IMG/VR virus record: IMGVR_UViG_3300020147_000065
Span: 3,617-67,616 of that record
Origin: a virus
Direction: 5' to 3' (one strand)
Length of the DNA: 64,000 nt
A program made the translations under genes and the position numbers. The notes under the pieces are model-generated. The model was given only the letters and a program-made list of their open reading frames with translations, was not told the origin of the DNA and did no database searches. Shown here piece after piece: positions 46,330 to 55,834 of the stretch (position 1 is its first letter; each line of letters starts with the position of its first letter).

Positions 46330-46908
46330 ATGGAGAAAAGAATTCCTGAAGTCTCTGATGCAAGAGCACATTGTCCCAATCCGGGGGCATGGAATTGTTA
46401 TGATGGTATGTCTTCGGAAATCGAAGTCATTGATTTTTTAGGCGCTCTAACACGCTTAATCAAACCCCAGCTTATCGTTGAAACCGGCACTTTTCATGGG
46501 AGAAGTACACTCTCTATGGCAATGGCACTTAGAGAAAACGGATTCGGAAGGCTCTACTCGCTTGATGTTGATCCAGAAAGCATTAAAATTGCCTCAGAAA
46601 GATGTCAAGATTATCCCGAAGCTGAAATTTTACAGCGTTCATCGCTCGATTATGAACCAGTTGGAAAAATTAATCTTCTTTTTTGTGACAGTGAATTACA
46701 TCTGAGAGCAACAGAGATACTACATTTTCTCCCGTGGATGGATGAAAGAAGTATCATAGCTGTGCATGACACAGGTAATCATCGCCCAAGACCACTCAAC
46801 GATCTTGAAAAGCTAAGAAACGATGGTGTTGCTAACCTGATTCACTTCGACACACCTCGTGGCTTATCTCTTTTACAACTAAGACCGGGTTACGGAGGAA
46901 GAAAATAA
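46330..46908 (+). CDS. Class I SAM-dependent methyltransferase (Methyltransf_24-like)
   Basis: IVETGTFHGRST, SLDVD, LLFCDS, IIAVHDT. Confidence 0.85.
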   Translation: MEKRIPEVSDARAHCPNPGAWNCYDGMSSEIEVIDFLGALTRLIKPQLIVETGTFHGRSTLSMAMALRENGFGRLYSLDVDPESIKIASERCQDYPEAEILQRSSLDYEPVGKINLLFCDSELHLRATEILHFLPWMDERSIIAVHDTGNHRPRPLNDLEKLRNDGVANLIHFDTPRGLSLLQLRPGYGGRK

Positions 46909-46941
46909 AAAAGCCCCGCAGGGTTGCTCTGCGGGGCTTTT
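46909..46941. terminator. Bidirectional terminator
   Basis: AAAAGCCCCGCAG-GGTTGCT-CTGCGGGGCTTTT. Confidence 0.85.
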
Positions 46942-47233
46942 GGTTCGAAGGACACCGGGCCTGGGGATTATGGCCTTTTACTTTGGTGTGAACCTTGAGG
47001 ACGGATTTTGTTATATGAGGCTAACTCGGCAACCAACAAAGAGTAAACATCGTTGCTGTCTTCACCGCCTCAAATTCCAGAATCAAAAAAGTCACACTGG
47101 TTCCAATCTAAACCTGAGAGTCTTGAGTCAAAAATCTTCGTCACTTGCCACAAATCTCCAAACTTTGCACAATTAGTCACATGTGTTGTTAATGAGTGTT
47201 AAACTTATGGAGAAACTAAGAAAGGGAAGAAGA

Positions 47234-47971
47234 ATGAATTTCAGAGAAGCTAAGAAGATATGCGTGAATATCACCGCTTCCTATGAAGGTACTGGATACG
47301 ACAGAGTTGTAGGTAACTTCGATGGGCAAGGTTTCACGTTCGGACTCTTTGGTTTTTGCTTAGGACAAGGCTCCCTTCAGAGCCTTGTGCGAAAGATGCA
47401 TAACAAGAATCCAGAGAAATTTAGTAACGCTTGTACAGTTTTTGTACCTCACTACGGAAAGCACATGAATTTGGCTGCTACATTGCTTGAGGCGTGTACT
47501 CTGTCACCCTCTCAAGCTGTAGAATGGGCTAAAGACAGGCAAAAGAATAACGTCCCCGACCCCCAGTGGAAGGCGGTATTTTCAAATTTAGGTAACATAT
47601 CTGAGTTCAGAGAAGTTCAGATAGAAGCGGTTCAACCACGCTTCATTAGGGCCAGAGACTACTGTGTGAAATATAAGATGCCCACAGTTCGTGCTCTGGC
47701 TTTGTTCTTTGACTGCACCATTCAACAAGGGAGTCTTAAAGCTGCAACCACCGCAAAGATAGCATTTCGATCTCTATCAGCCAAAAATTACAAAGAGCGA
47801 ATGACAATCATCGCTCAAGAGATGGCTAATCAGGCTAACCCTAAGTGGAGACAAGATGTTCTTTCTCGTAGGATGGCGATAGTTCGTGGTTGGGGTACCG
47901 TCCACGGGAGACAGTATTTCCTTGATCGTGAATTTGATTTGTCAGATTCGGAGGTAGATTTCAATGGATAA
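47234..47971 (+). CDS. Putative endolysin (lysozyme/chitosanase-like glycoside hydrolase)
   Basis: ITASYEG, GNFDGQGFTFG..GQGSLQ, RALALFFD..IQQG, DVLSRR..I..G.G.VHG. Confidence 0.75.
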   Translation: MNFREAKKICVNITASYEGTGYDRVVGNFDGQGFTFGLFGFCLGQGSLQSLVRKMHNKNPEKFSNACTVFVPHYGKHMNLAATLLEACTLSPSQAVEWAKDRQKNNVPDPQWKAVFSNLGNISEFREVQIEAVQPRFIRARDYCVKYKMPTVRALALFFDCTIQQGSLKAATTAKIAFRSLSAKNYKERMTIIAQEMANQANPKWRQDVLSRRMAIVRGWGTVHGRQYFLDREFDLSDSEVDFNG

Positions 47972-48284
47972 ATGGATTGGTTTAGCGAAAGAGGCGGAAT
48001 CAAGACTGATGAATACGCCTGAATTTTTAGACGAACTCTGGCTTTGTTCATATACATTTCTCGCTTTGGTATCTTTACTAGCCAATGAAGCTGGGATTGT
48101 GAAGCATGACAGTTGGACTGCCGATTTGCTAACAAACCCTGACCTAAAATTTGGCCCGGAATGGCCATACACCAGAGAAGATATGAGTCGAGCAGTGTTG
48201 GTGCGCGAACGTGCTGCCCGAATTAATCAGGAATGGCTTCGATTCTGTGAAAAGAACGAACTAACTAATTTGGTTGACCTCTAA
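47964..48284 (+). CDS. Hypothetical protein
   Basis: GGAGG RBS. Confidence 0.6.
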   Translation: MDKWIGLAKEAESRLMNTPEFLDELWLCSYTFLALVSLLANEAGIVKHDSWTADLLTNPDLKFGPEWPYTREDMSRAVLVRERAARINQEWLRFCEKNELTNLVDL

Positions 48285-48287
48285 CCC

Positions 48288-48316
48288 TTGACGCAGGATG
48301 GCAGAAATGCTATAAT
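48288..48316 (+). promoter_or_regulatory. sigma70-type promoter (leaderless mRNA)
   Basis: TTGACG-N17-TATAAT; ATG 7 nt downstream. Confidence 0.75.
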
Positions 48317-48323
48317 GCTGAAT

Positions 48324-48632
48324 ATGAACGAATTAGCTTTGACTTGCTTGATTTTATTTATCATGGGTGCATTGTGGGTTATTTTCAATACATTGCTTCA
48401 ATACTTCGTGCTCAAAAAAGAGACACTTGGTATATTTTTAGTGGCTATATTGATTGGTTATATGTGGCCAGGAATTGCTTTTATGTCTGTGAGTACCGTA
48501 TTCACCAAAGGGGCGGACACGATTAGTGTACTTTTTATGTCCTTTGCTTTAGGTTATGCTTTCGCTATGGTAGCGGTACAAAAAATTAATCTTGATAAAA
48601 CGGTAGAGGTTCCCCGTGATCGTCGCTCTTAA
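48324..48632 (+). CDS. Three-TM membrane protein
   Basis: Hydrophobic helices. Confidence 0.6.
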   Translation: MNELALTCLILFIMGALWVIFNTLLQYFVLKKETLGIFLVAILIGYMWPGIAFMSVSTVFTKGADTISVLFMSFALGYAFAMVAVQKINLDKTVEVPRDRRS

Positions 48633-49053
48633 ACATCCTGATGGTGATTACCTGTTGTTCGACGATCCTTCGGGATCGTCGGACGGTAAGACATATCAAC
48701 ACAAGGACAAAATAAAAGCTGCCGGTGGCAAATGGGACGGCACCCGATGGAGAGTCCCAAGCGTCGAGAAATTATCCTTTGTGGAGAAGTTGTTCGACGT
48801 GGAAGTATCAGCCTTCTGTCATATGCCACCACAGGATTATGTTGCAACTGCTTCTGAGGTAAAAAAGAAATCTTTGAAGCTAACATGTTGGGGTTGCGAA
48901 AAGAAGCCTAACAAAGGCTTCGTTAAAATAGTGAAGGTTATAGGTGAATCGGTAATTCTCCGACCTGACAATCCACCACAAGAAGTCAAGCCGGAACCAG
49001 AGGATGACTTTCTAACCTCTGATTCACCAAAAGAGTCTGTAGATTTGTGGTAA
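48616..49053 (+). CDS. Hypothetical protein
   Basis: GKTYQHKDKIKAAGGKWD..W motif. Confidence 0.65.
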   Translation: MIVALKHPDGDYLLFDDPSGSSDGKTYQHKDKIKAAGGKWDGTRWRVPSVEKLSFVEKLFDVEVSAFCHMPPQDYVATASEVKKKSLKLTCWGCEKKPNKGFVKIVKVIGESVILRPDNPPQEVKPEPEDDFLTSDSPKESVDLW

Positions 49054-49064
49054 AGGGTGATCCT

Positions 49065-49349
49065 ATGAAACTGAAAGTTTGGCAACCAATTGACCTTGAA
49101 GTAAACTGCACACCTGAAGAATTTGTTGATCTCATTGCTGAGATTAGAGATCAATGGGATATTGGACCAGAAGAACCAATTTCTTTCTCTGATGTTCTTA
49201 CTTATGGAGCAAAACTTGGCTATGTTACTAATTGTCCACCGGGTTTCTTCATAATGGACAAAGAATTTAAAGGTGTAGCCACAGAGGAAGAGTTGATTGA
49301 GGCCCACGCACTTGATAGGCTCGTGGGAGGTAATCTGCGGCTATGCTAA
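49065..49349 (+). CDS. Hypothetical protein
   Basis: ORF track 49047..49349; likely start MKLKVW. Confidence 0.55.
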   Translation: MKLKVWQPIDLEVNCTPEEFVDLIAEIRDQWDIGPEEPISFSDVLTYGAKLGYVTNCPPGFFIMDKEFKGVATEEELIEAHALDRLVGGNLRLC

Positions 49350-50914
49350 AAGGCACCGAATACGTTGGAATTACAGAAAGAAAATGGGGCGAGGTAGCGC
49401 AAGCATACCTCGCCTCTATTGTTGAATCCTCCAGTGATGCCATCTTTTCTACATCAAAAGATGGGGTAATTACCACATGGAATGCTGCCGCACAGCAAAT
49501 TTTTGGTTATAGTAACCATGAAATTTTAGGTTATCCTGTATCATCCATCATTCCAGAGGGTCATCATATTAATCTGGAAGACATTTACGGTGAAATAGTC
49601 AATGAAAACAAATCTGTAAGTTATGAATCCTTCATAATGCACAAAAACAAAACTCTTGTGCCAGTATGGATAACTCTATCACCAATACGTGATGTTCACG
49701 GTAGTATAATTGGTGTCTCTGGTATTGTTCGTGATATGAGCCATCAAAAGAAACTGGAATCAGCTATCGCGGCTATTCACAGAACCTTTCAACTGGCTCT
49801 ATCGGCTTCACCTGACGCTATTTTAATTACAAATCAAGATGGCTGCATCACATACTGGAATGATGGTGCTGCTAATCTATTTGGTTACCAAGAAAAGGAT
49901 ATTCTTGGCCGACCTGTGAGCCAACTATTACCAAAAGAAACCGCAAGTAAATATGAAGGATGTATCAATAAGATGCTTGATAGCGGCTTCCCTGATGGAA
50001 GCCGCAAAATGGTTGAGATAACGGCCAAAAAGAAAGATGATACATTCTTTCCGGCTGAGGCTTCAATAGCTGTTCTTGATACTGAGTACGGTAGGCTTTG
50101 CTGTGCAATTATTCGTGATATAACAGATCGCTTGAGACAGGAAGAAAAGCTTGTTAAGACTAACGAGGAGATGCAAACCAACTTAATTCTTGCCCGAAAG
50201 GTTCAAGAAGCATTGCTTCCATCCGCCGAAGTTAAACATGAACGTTTTAAATCTTTGACAGTAGCATCAAAATATATTCCTGCTTCCGACCTTGGAGGGG
50301 ATTTCTTTGTTTGCCTACCAGTTAAACAAGACACCTTAGGTATCTTTGTTGGTGATGTAATGGGTCACGGAGTTCGTTCTGCCCTTCTTACTTCAATGCT
50401 TTATGCTCTTGTTGAAGAACTTAGTCCAGAAGAAAAAGACCCTTCAATTTTCATGACTCACCTTAATCGTAGCTTCACTCATATCATGGAGAAGACCAGT
50501 TGTAATATCTTTGCGTCTGGAGTATATGCTCAATTAAATACTACAAACAATATTGCCACAGTAGTAAGTGCTGGGCATCCTGCGCCGGTAAGGGTTTCAA
50601 AAGATGGTAAGGCTGTCTTCCTACGACCATCAGATAATTCTCCTGCTCTCGGTTTAATTAATGATTGGGTATATGGTGGATTATCTATAAATTATGAACC
50701 TGGTGATAAATTTGTCTTTTACACAGACGGATTAACCGAAGTTGATCCCTCCCGTGGTAAGATTCTCCCTGATGTTGGTTTATTGGAGTTAATCTCGACC
50801 AATGCTAACTTAAAAGCATCTGCATTACTCGAAAGATTACTGGAAGTCTCCAACAAAATGTCTTCTAATGATGAGAGACACGATGATATTTGCCTTCTGG
50901 CTGTAGAAACTTAG
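49343..50914 (+). CDS. PAS-PAS-SpoIIE (PP2C) phosphatase, RsbP/RsbU-like
   Basis: Two PAS/PAC domains (WNAAAQQIFGY..E; WNDGAANLFGY; RDITDR); ARKVQEALLP, GGDFF, GDVMGHG, AGHP, YTDGLTE, DDICLL. Confidence 0.93.
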   Translation: MLKGTEYVGITERKWGEVAQAYLASIVESSSDAIFSTSKDGVITTWNAAAQQIFGYSNHEILGYPVSSIIPEGHHINLEDIYGEIVNENKSVSYESFIMHKNKTLVPVWITLSPIRDVHGSIIGVSGIVRDMSHQKKLESAIAAIHRTFQLALSASPDAILITNQDGCITYWNDGAANLFGYQEKDILGRPVSQLLPKETASKYEGCINKMLDSGFPDGSRKMVEITAKKKDDTFFPAEASIAVLDTEYGRLCCAIIRDITDRLRQEEKLVKTNEEMQTNLILARKVQEALLPSAEVKHERFKSLTVASKYIPASDLGGDFFVCLPVKQDTLGIFVGDVMGHGVRSALLTSMLYALVEELSPEEKDPSIFMTHLNRSFTHIMEKTSCNIFASGVYAQLNTTNNIATVVSAGHPAPVRVSKDGKAVFLRPSDNSPALGLINDWVYGGLSINYEPGDKFVFYTDGLTEVDPSRGKILPDVGLLELISTNANLKASALLERLLEVSNKMSSNDERHDDICLLAVET

Positions 50915-50943
50915 GAAATTTTAAGAATTTTTCCGAAAACCTC

Positions 50944-50972
50944 TTGACAAACGGGAACGAGTGGTGTACAAT
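50944..50972 (+). promoter_or_regulatory. sigma70-type promoter
   Basis: TTGACA-N17-TACAAT. Confidence 0.75.
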
Positions 50973-50988
50973 ATACATCAATACGGCT

Positions 50989-52140
50989 ATGAAACGCACA
51001 AACATCTACCTTTCAGACGACCAAAACCGCGAATTAGAAATTCTTGCGAAAGCAGGAGTCTCTTCTGCGGAACATGTCCGCCGCGCGGTGGATGCTTATC
51101 TGCAAAGGCCACACATCAGGAGACAATTAGAAATGTCAACAACAGGCGCAACGCGCACCATCCCGTCCCGTCAATCGGCTCAATTAGGCCCACTGACCGT
51201 TGTTTTCCATCGTACCATTCGTGTACCACAGGGAAACACTCCGTCCTCTTTACCACCAAGTCGTGGTACTTTTCCTGTCTACAAGGTTTCTGATCTGGGT
51301 TCACTTGCTCTTCCACAGTGGGATCGTGAAGGTTACGTGATTCCTATCAAGGAAACCGAAGCAATGTGGATGGCATTCTCATGTGCATGGGACAAGCAAC
51401 CCGTTGCTGTCGCCATCGGTGCTGGTGGAATCAACGCTGTCTCTGGTGAGAAGATGAGCAGGAAGCTTCAAGAGGATGGATATTTAGTAACTCCACCTCA
51501 ACCCTGGCTTGATGGGTTTAAGTCACCAGATGGTCATGTTTATCAGTTTGTGGGAACAGAACATAAGGGCGGCGAAGGTCATACCGTAGCCGAACAGATT
51601 ATCGGTGAAGAGTCGGTTTCTGGCGGTCTTGCTTTCTCTGTTTATGAAGCAAAGGAGGGCGCCATTGTTGTTCCCAAACCCTCAACACATCTTGAATGCT
51701 TTACTATGTCTATGGATAGTGACATTAAAAGTTTCTCTCCGGCAGCAGCATCTTTATCTTCGTCTCCAAGACGTATGAGAATGATGCGTGGTAATGAATA
51801 CAGTCAACCAGACGTTCAGAAATGTGCAACGCGTGGGCCTGTGGAAATGGGTCTTGGACGTGGTGGAGCTATCGAACAGAAGGTTTATCCTGATCCTCAC
51901 GGATTATCCGCGTGGAAGGCCGAACCATCTGCTGTTGCTGTAGTATATCTTATTAGTGAACGTGAGTTTAATGCTCTTCTTGGGCTACCCACGGGTGACG
52001 TTGCTTCTACAGACAATACTTCTGGACCATACTTCAAAACTCAGGATAAACATCTTGCCGACACAGAAGGCAGCGAGAAATTCGAGAAAGTCAAAGCTGT
52101 TCCAGTCGGTGCGAAAGCTAAGCTCTTTCCGGGTGACTAA
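50989..52140 (+). CDS. Ribbon-helix-helix domain fused to a conserved uncharacterised domain
   Basis: MKRTNIYLSDDQ..L..LA...SAEHVRRAVDAYL; then FHRTIRVP..LPP..G.FP, EAMWMAF, PPQPWLDG, EMGLG.GG.IEQKVYPD. Confidence 0.75.
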   Translation: MKRTNIYLSDDQNRELEILAKAGVSSAEHVRRAVDAYLQRPHIRRQLEMSTTGATRTIPSRQSAQLGPLTVVFHRTIRVPQGNTPSSLPPSRGTFPVYKVSDLGSLALPQWDREGYVIPIKETEAMWMAFSCAWDKQPVAVAIGAGGINAVSGEKMSRKLQEDGYLVTPPQPWLDGFKSPDGHVYQFVGTEHKGGEGHTVAEQIIGEESVSGGLAFSVYEAKEGAIVVPKPSTHLECFTMSMDSDIKSFSPAAASLSSSPRRMRMMRGNEYSQPDVQKCATRGPVEMGLGRGGAIEQKVYPDPHGLSAWKAEPSAVAVVYLISEREFNALLGLPTGDVASTDNTSGPYFKTQDKHLADTEGSEKFEKVKAVPVGAKAKLFPGD

Positions 52141-52175
52141 ATGATAGTCGAAATAAACGTGGTCATCAAAAATAC

Positions 52176-52433
52176 TTGTTTGTTCGATGTAATAATTGCG
52201 GATTTCAAGTACCAATAGGGTTAATGACCAAATATTTCGCTTTTGACTTCAAAATACTCGACGAAGATGGTAGTCCACCACCACTACCCGAACAACAAGA
52301 ACACTTCTGTGGCAACGGCTATGGATGTGCTGAAAAAGAAAACCTCCCCGTCAAGGGAGGTTTTCTTATTTTGTCTGGTGCTTGTCATGCCATCGTGCGT
52401 CAGAACCCTATATTGAAAGCACAGGGGTTATAA
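52176..52433 (+). CDS. Small Cys-rich protein (CNNC...HFC...C)
   Basis: ORF track; start uncertain. Confidence 0.45.
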   Translation: MFVRCNNCGFQVPIGLMTKYFAFDFKILDEDGSPPPLPEQQEHFCGNGYGCAEKENLPVKGGFLILSGACHAIVRQNPILKAQGL

Positions 52434-52434
52434 T

Positions 52435-52878
52435 ATGACCATAAAAGAAAATATTATGGTGCGTTGGGAGTTACTCAAAGCGGTACACCGTCGCGCTCTG
52501 ATTTCTGATACATTTTCTACCGAGTGCTGGATAGCGTGGTTAATTATTTTGGTAGGATTATCAGTAATCTTAATTCCTAATTTATTTTCACCAAGCTTCT
52601 GGCTTATGGAGATTATTCTCAAGATACCGAGATGGTTATGGGGAAGTCTCCTGATATACACTGGCTATAAGTCACTTATAGCCTTGACTGAAGAAAATAC
52701 AACAAGAGCAAGGCACGATGCTACACGCTTCGGACTTAGAGTTGGCGTTTTCTTCACAGGAATGACTCTCTTTTCAGCATTTGCTGGCAATATAGGGCTT
52801 GGGTTGGTTGTGTTTCCCTTTTATGCATTCCAACAACTTATGATGTTATGGAGGTTCGCCGGAAAATTTAACACGTAA
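52435..52878 (+). CDS. Four-TM membrane protein (possible holin-like)
   Basis: Hydrophobic helices. Confidence 0.55.
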   Translation: MTIKENIMVRWELLKAVHRRALISDTFSTECWIAWLIILVGLSVILIPNLFSPSFWLMEIILKIPRWLWGSLLIYTGYKSLIALTEENTTRARHDATRFGLRVGVFFTGMTLFSAFAGNIGLGLVVFPFYAFQQLMMLWRFAGKFNT

Positions 52879-52893
52879 TAGGAGTAAACGTCT

Positions 52894-53370
52894 ATGCCTC
52901 CTGAGAATTTAGAACAGGGCATTAGCCCCCTGAGCGTTGCTCTTTCTATTCTTACAACACTCATAATCTCAATGCTTGCTCCTATTGCGGTCGAATATTT
53001 TAAGAACCGCTTGGCAAAGGATACCGATGACGAGAAGGAGGAGAAGACCGATGAAGAAATAGAGCACGAACACGAAATTAAAGCGATTCGTCTCGAATTT
53101 CAAAATAGGATTCTTCTCGACAAAGCTGAAAGACTCGCTCAGAAAACAAAACGAGTAATTTGGTTCGTCCGTAGTCAAGACCCCGCTCTTGATTACATCC
53201 TGGCCGATCTTGAAGCAGAAATGGCTTCGCTTGGTTTCAGCCCTGATCCGGCTAAAGCGTCGGTTACAGAGCGAATCTATGAACCACAAGGTGCCCCATT
53301 ACAAGTGCCGCCTATCAGAGAAACACCTGAGCGTTCTCTGCGACCACCACCAGACAACTCACCTTCTTAA
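52894..53370 (+). CDS. Single-TM coiled-coil protein
   Basis: AGGAG RBS; TM helix then charged helix. Confidence 0.6.
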   Translation: MPPENLEQGISPLSVALSILTTLIISMLAPIAVEYFKNRLAKDTDDEKEEKTDEEIEHEHEIKAIRLEFQNRILLDKAERLAQKTKRVIWFVRSQDPALDYILADLEAEMASLGFSPDPAKASVTERIYEPQGAPLQVPPIRETPERSLRPPPDNSPS

Positions 53371-53418
53371 ATAACGTCCTGTTTGTGGAAAATACCCAAA
53401 CAGGACGTTCTTTTTAGC

Positions 53419-53447
53419 TTGACAAAAAGCCCGGAAACCGCTATAAT
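53419..53447 (+). promoter_or_regulatory. sigma70 consensus promoter (leaderless mRNA)
   Basis: TTGACA-N17-TATAAT; ATG 7 nt downstream; terminator hairpin 53373-53409 just upstream. Confidence 0.85.
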
Positions 53448-53454
53448 TTAATAC

Positions 53455-53733
53455 ATGATCGAGATTAGATTCAGAGACTACCCCGAAGATAACTTCGATT
53501 CTTTTTATGATTTCCCCACAAAAACGGAAGCCATCAGTTGGTGGAATACGTTCTTAGCTGAGAAAAAAGAATCTGGAGCAGAAGTTACTGTCTTCAAGGA
53601 GTGGCCCGAAGATGAAGATACCCTAAAGTCTTTGGGTTTAAATTCTCCCACCTTTGGTGGCGAGTTTATGAAAGGGTATTGTATAACCGGAGGAGAAAAG
53701 GCATTATGGGTGCTAATACTGTCATTACAGTAG
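53455..53733 (+). CDS. Hypothetical protein
   Basis: ORF track. Confidence 0.65.
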   Translation: MIEIRFRDYPEDNFDSFYDFPTKTEAISWWNTFLAEKKESGAEVTVFKEWPEDEDTLKSLGLNSPTFGGEFMKGYCITGGEKALWVLILSLQ

Positions 53734-55190
53734 AAGAGCGAGATAAAGAACGAGTAATATCTAACTTAGCAGTGGAAAGCGGAAGCCTCGCACTGTCAAT
53801 GATGTATGAAGAATGTGCAGATGCGGCTGTAGAAAAATTAACGCCAGAAGATTTTTATTGGCCTCATCACCAAGTTATTTTCGATGTAATTCGTGACCTA
53901 TTTAAACAGAACAGACACATTGACCACAACATCGTCTCAGATGAACTTCAAAAGCGAGGAAAATTAGAAGAAGCTAAAGGAAAAGTATATGTTTCCAACC
54001 TTGTAGACCTTGCCCCAGCTAAAGAAGCTACTGATGAATACATTAAAGCTATCCAGGGGTGGTCTTTACTCCGAGAGATTGACGAAGGTGCGCGAGAAAC
54101 ACACTCAAGGATTACACTTGGATACCTGAGTGATCCACTTGAGGCTATTAACCAGTTGGGTACAAGACTTGATAAAGCTACAACTCGTCTTCGTCGCGCT
54201 AAGGTTGAGACAGTTGCTTCTATATGTGATGAAATTCTTGGAGACATTGCTCGCGCAATGGCTACAGGAATTGACGAGTCTGGTATTCCTACCGGATTTG
54301 AAGGCTTCGATGATTTGACCGGTGGTGTGCAACCAGGTGAAAACCTTGTAGTTGCTGCCCGTACATCAGTTGGTAAAACAGCATTCGTTCTTCAGATGGC
54401 AGCACAGATTGCCATCAACCAAAAGAAACCAGCATTAATCTTCTCTCTGGAAATGCCTAAGAAGAAATTAATGTTTCGTTTGATTTGCTCTTATGCCAAA
54501 GTGAACTCACGCGATGCTCGTCGAGGTAAGATTACTCAAGAGCAATACGATAAGATGCAGGAAGCAGCTAAAATGCTTAGTGAATGCCCTCTTCTTATTG
54601 ATGATAACACATCTGCCACATTAATTGAGATGATGGCAGCTACCAAAAAATTGATTAGGGATCACGGAGAACTCGGTTGTGTTGTAATTGACAACCTCCC
54701 TTTGGTTTCTCCGACAAACCCAGGTGCAGATGGTCATGTGCAGACAGCGGAACTAAGCCGTGGACTAAACCGTTTCTGTATGGATGTAGGAGTACCGTTG
54801 GTAACGGTTACTCAGCTTAACCGAGCAACAGAAGAAAAGACGGATAAAAAACCAACTTTATCTAACATCGCCGGTTCTGACTGTGTGGCACGAGATGCGG
54901 CTACTGTGGCATTGTTATGGCGACCAGAATACTACGACGACAAGGTTGCCAAGACACAGCAACAGGAGCGTTACGTCAACGCGAAACGAGAAGAACAAAG
55001 ACAGTTGATTACGCCTCAACCTTTGGTAGTGCCTGAACAAAAAACTGTTGTAATTGTAGATAAACAACGCAATGGCCCAACGGGAACATTTAACCTGTGG
55101 TTTGATATGAACTGCTCGTATTTCTCAGACAAGCCAACAATGGAGAGTTTCAGTTACACTGACGATAAGCGCAACGACTTCTTTGACTGA
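53706..55190 (+). CDS. dnaB: Replicative DNA helicase
   Basis: N-terminal DnaB domain; GIPTGF, AARTSVGKT, FSLEM, QLNR, VDKQRNGPTG. Confidence 0.95.
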   Translation: MGANTVITVEERDKERVISNLAVESGSLALSMMYEECADAAVEKLTPEDFYWPHHQVIFDVIRDLFKQNRHIDHNIVSDELQKRGKLEEAKGKVYVSNLVDLAPAKEATDEYIKAIQGWSLLREIDEGARETHSRITLGYLSDPLEAINQLGTRLDKATTRLRRAKVETVASICDEILGDIARAMATGIDESGIPTGFEGFDDLTGGVQPGENLVVAARTSVGKTAFVLQMAAQIAINQKKPALIFSLEMPKKKLMFRLICSYAKVNSRDARRGKITQEQYDKMQEAAKMLSECPLLIDDNTSATLIEMMAATKKLIRDHGELGCVVIDNLPLVSPTNPGADGHVQTAELSRGLNRFCMDVGVPLVTVTQLNRATEEKTDKKPTLSNIAGSDCVARDAATVALLWRPEYYDDKVAKTQQQERYVNAKREEQRQLITPQPLVVPEQKTVVIVDKQRNGPTGTFNLWFDMNCSYFSDKPTMESFSYTDDKRNDFFD

Positions 55191-55201
55191 GGAGAAAACA
55201 A

Positions 55202-55798
55202 ATGGAATTAGTACTGGTTTTGTTTCGGTTCATGGATACCGACTCACGCGTAACTCATGAGGCAGGGGATTATCTCTACTACAATGATAAAGTTATGCAA
55301 ATTCGCGCGGATGCAAGTGGCATCCGAAAACTTATAGTTCGACTAAAAGACGGTAATAAGGTTGTTCTTGAGACACGAGGTACTCGTGTCGTTAATTACA
55401 AGCCTGGCGAGTGGGAAGAGCATGTTAAGTCAATTGCTTCTGATGCGTTCGCTGCTCACCGTGAAGAGAATGAGGAACAGGCTCAGAACGTAGAGAGCCG
55501 TGTTCAGGAACAGCTTCAGGTAGCCCTGAGTGCTGAACCAGACCCCGTAGAAGTTCTGGTCGAAGACGAAGTAGCTGTAGTAGCTCCCAGCTTTGGTCCA
55601 TCAAACGTAGATACTACGAATGAATCCAAGCCGGACGAATTACTCTCTGCTCCATCTCCTGTACCCGCAGGTGATGATGTAGTCGAACCAGAGACAACTG
55701 AAGAATCGCAATCCACGGAGGAATCAAAAGCTGACGAAGCTCCGGTTCCAGTAAGTGAAGCGGCCTTCGGCGGAAGACGCAAGCAACCGCGCAATTAA
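55202..55798 (+). CDS. Hypothetical protein with acidic disordered tail
   Basis: GAGGAG RBS. Confidence 0.7.
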   Translation: MELVLVLFRFMDTDSRVTHEAGDYLYYNDKVMQIRADASGIRKLIVRLKDGNKVVLETRGTRVVNYKPGEWEEHVKSIASDAFAAHREENEEQAQNVESRVQEQLQVALSAEPDPVEVLVEDEVAVVAPSFGPSNVDTTNESKPDELLSAPSPVPAGDDVVEPETTEESQSTEESKADEAPVPVSEAAFGGRRKQPRN

Positions 55799-55834
55799 CC
55801 AATAAAGGGCCAGGAGATTTTCTTCTCCTGGCCC

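Noticed and set aside
46942..47015. GGTTCGAA as a tRNA T-loop
   Set aside because: No cloverleaf; the upstream sequence is a terminator hairpin.
53706..55190. Intein in DnaB
   Set aside because: Normal length, no intein motifs; only an IDNL variant of Walker B and a short Gln-rich insertion.
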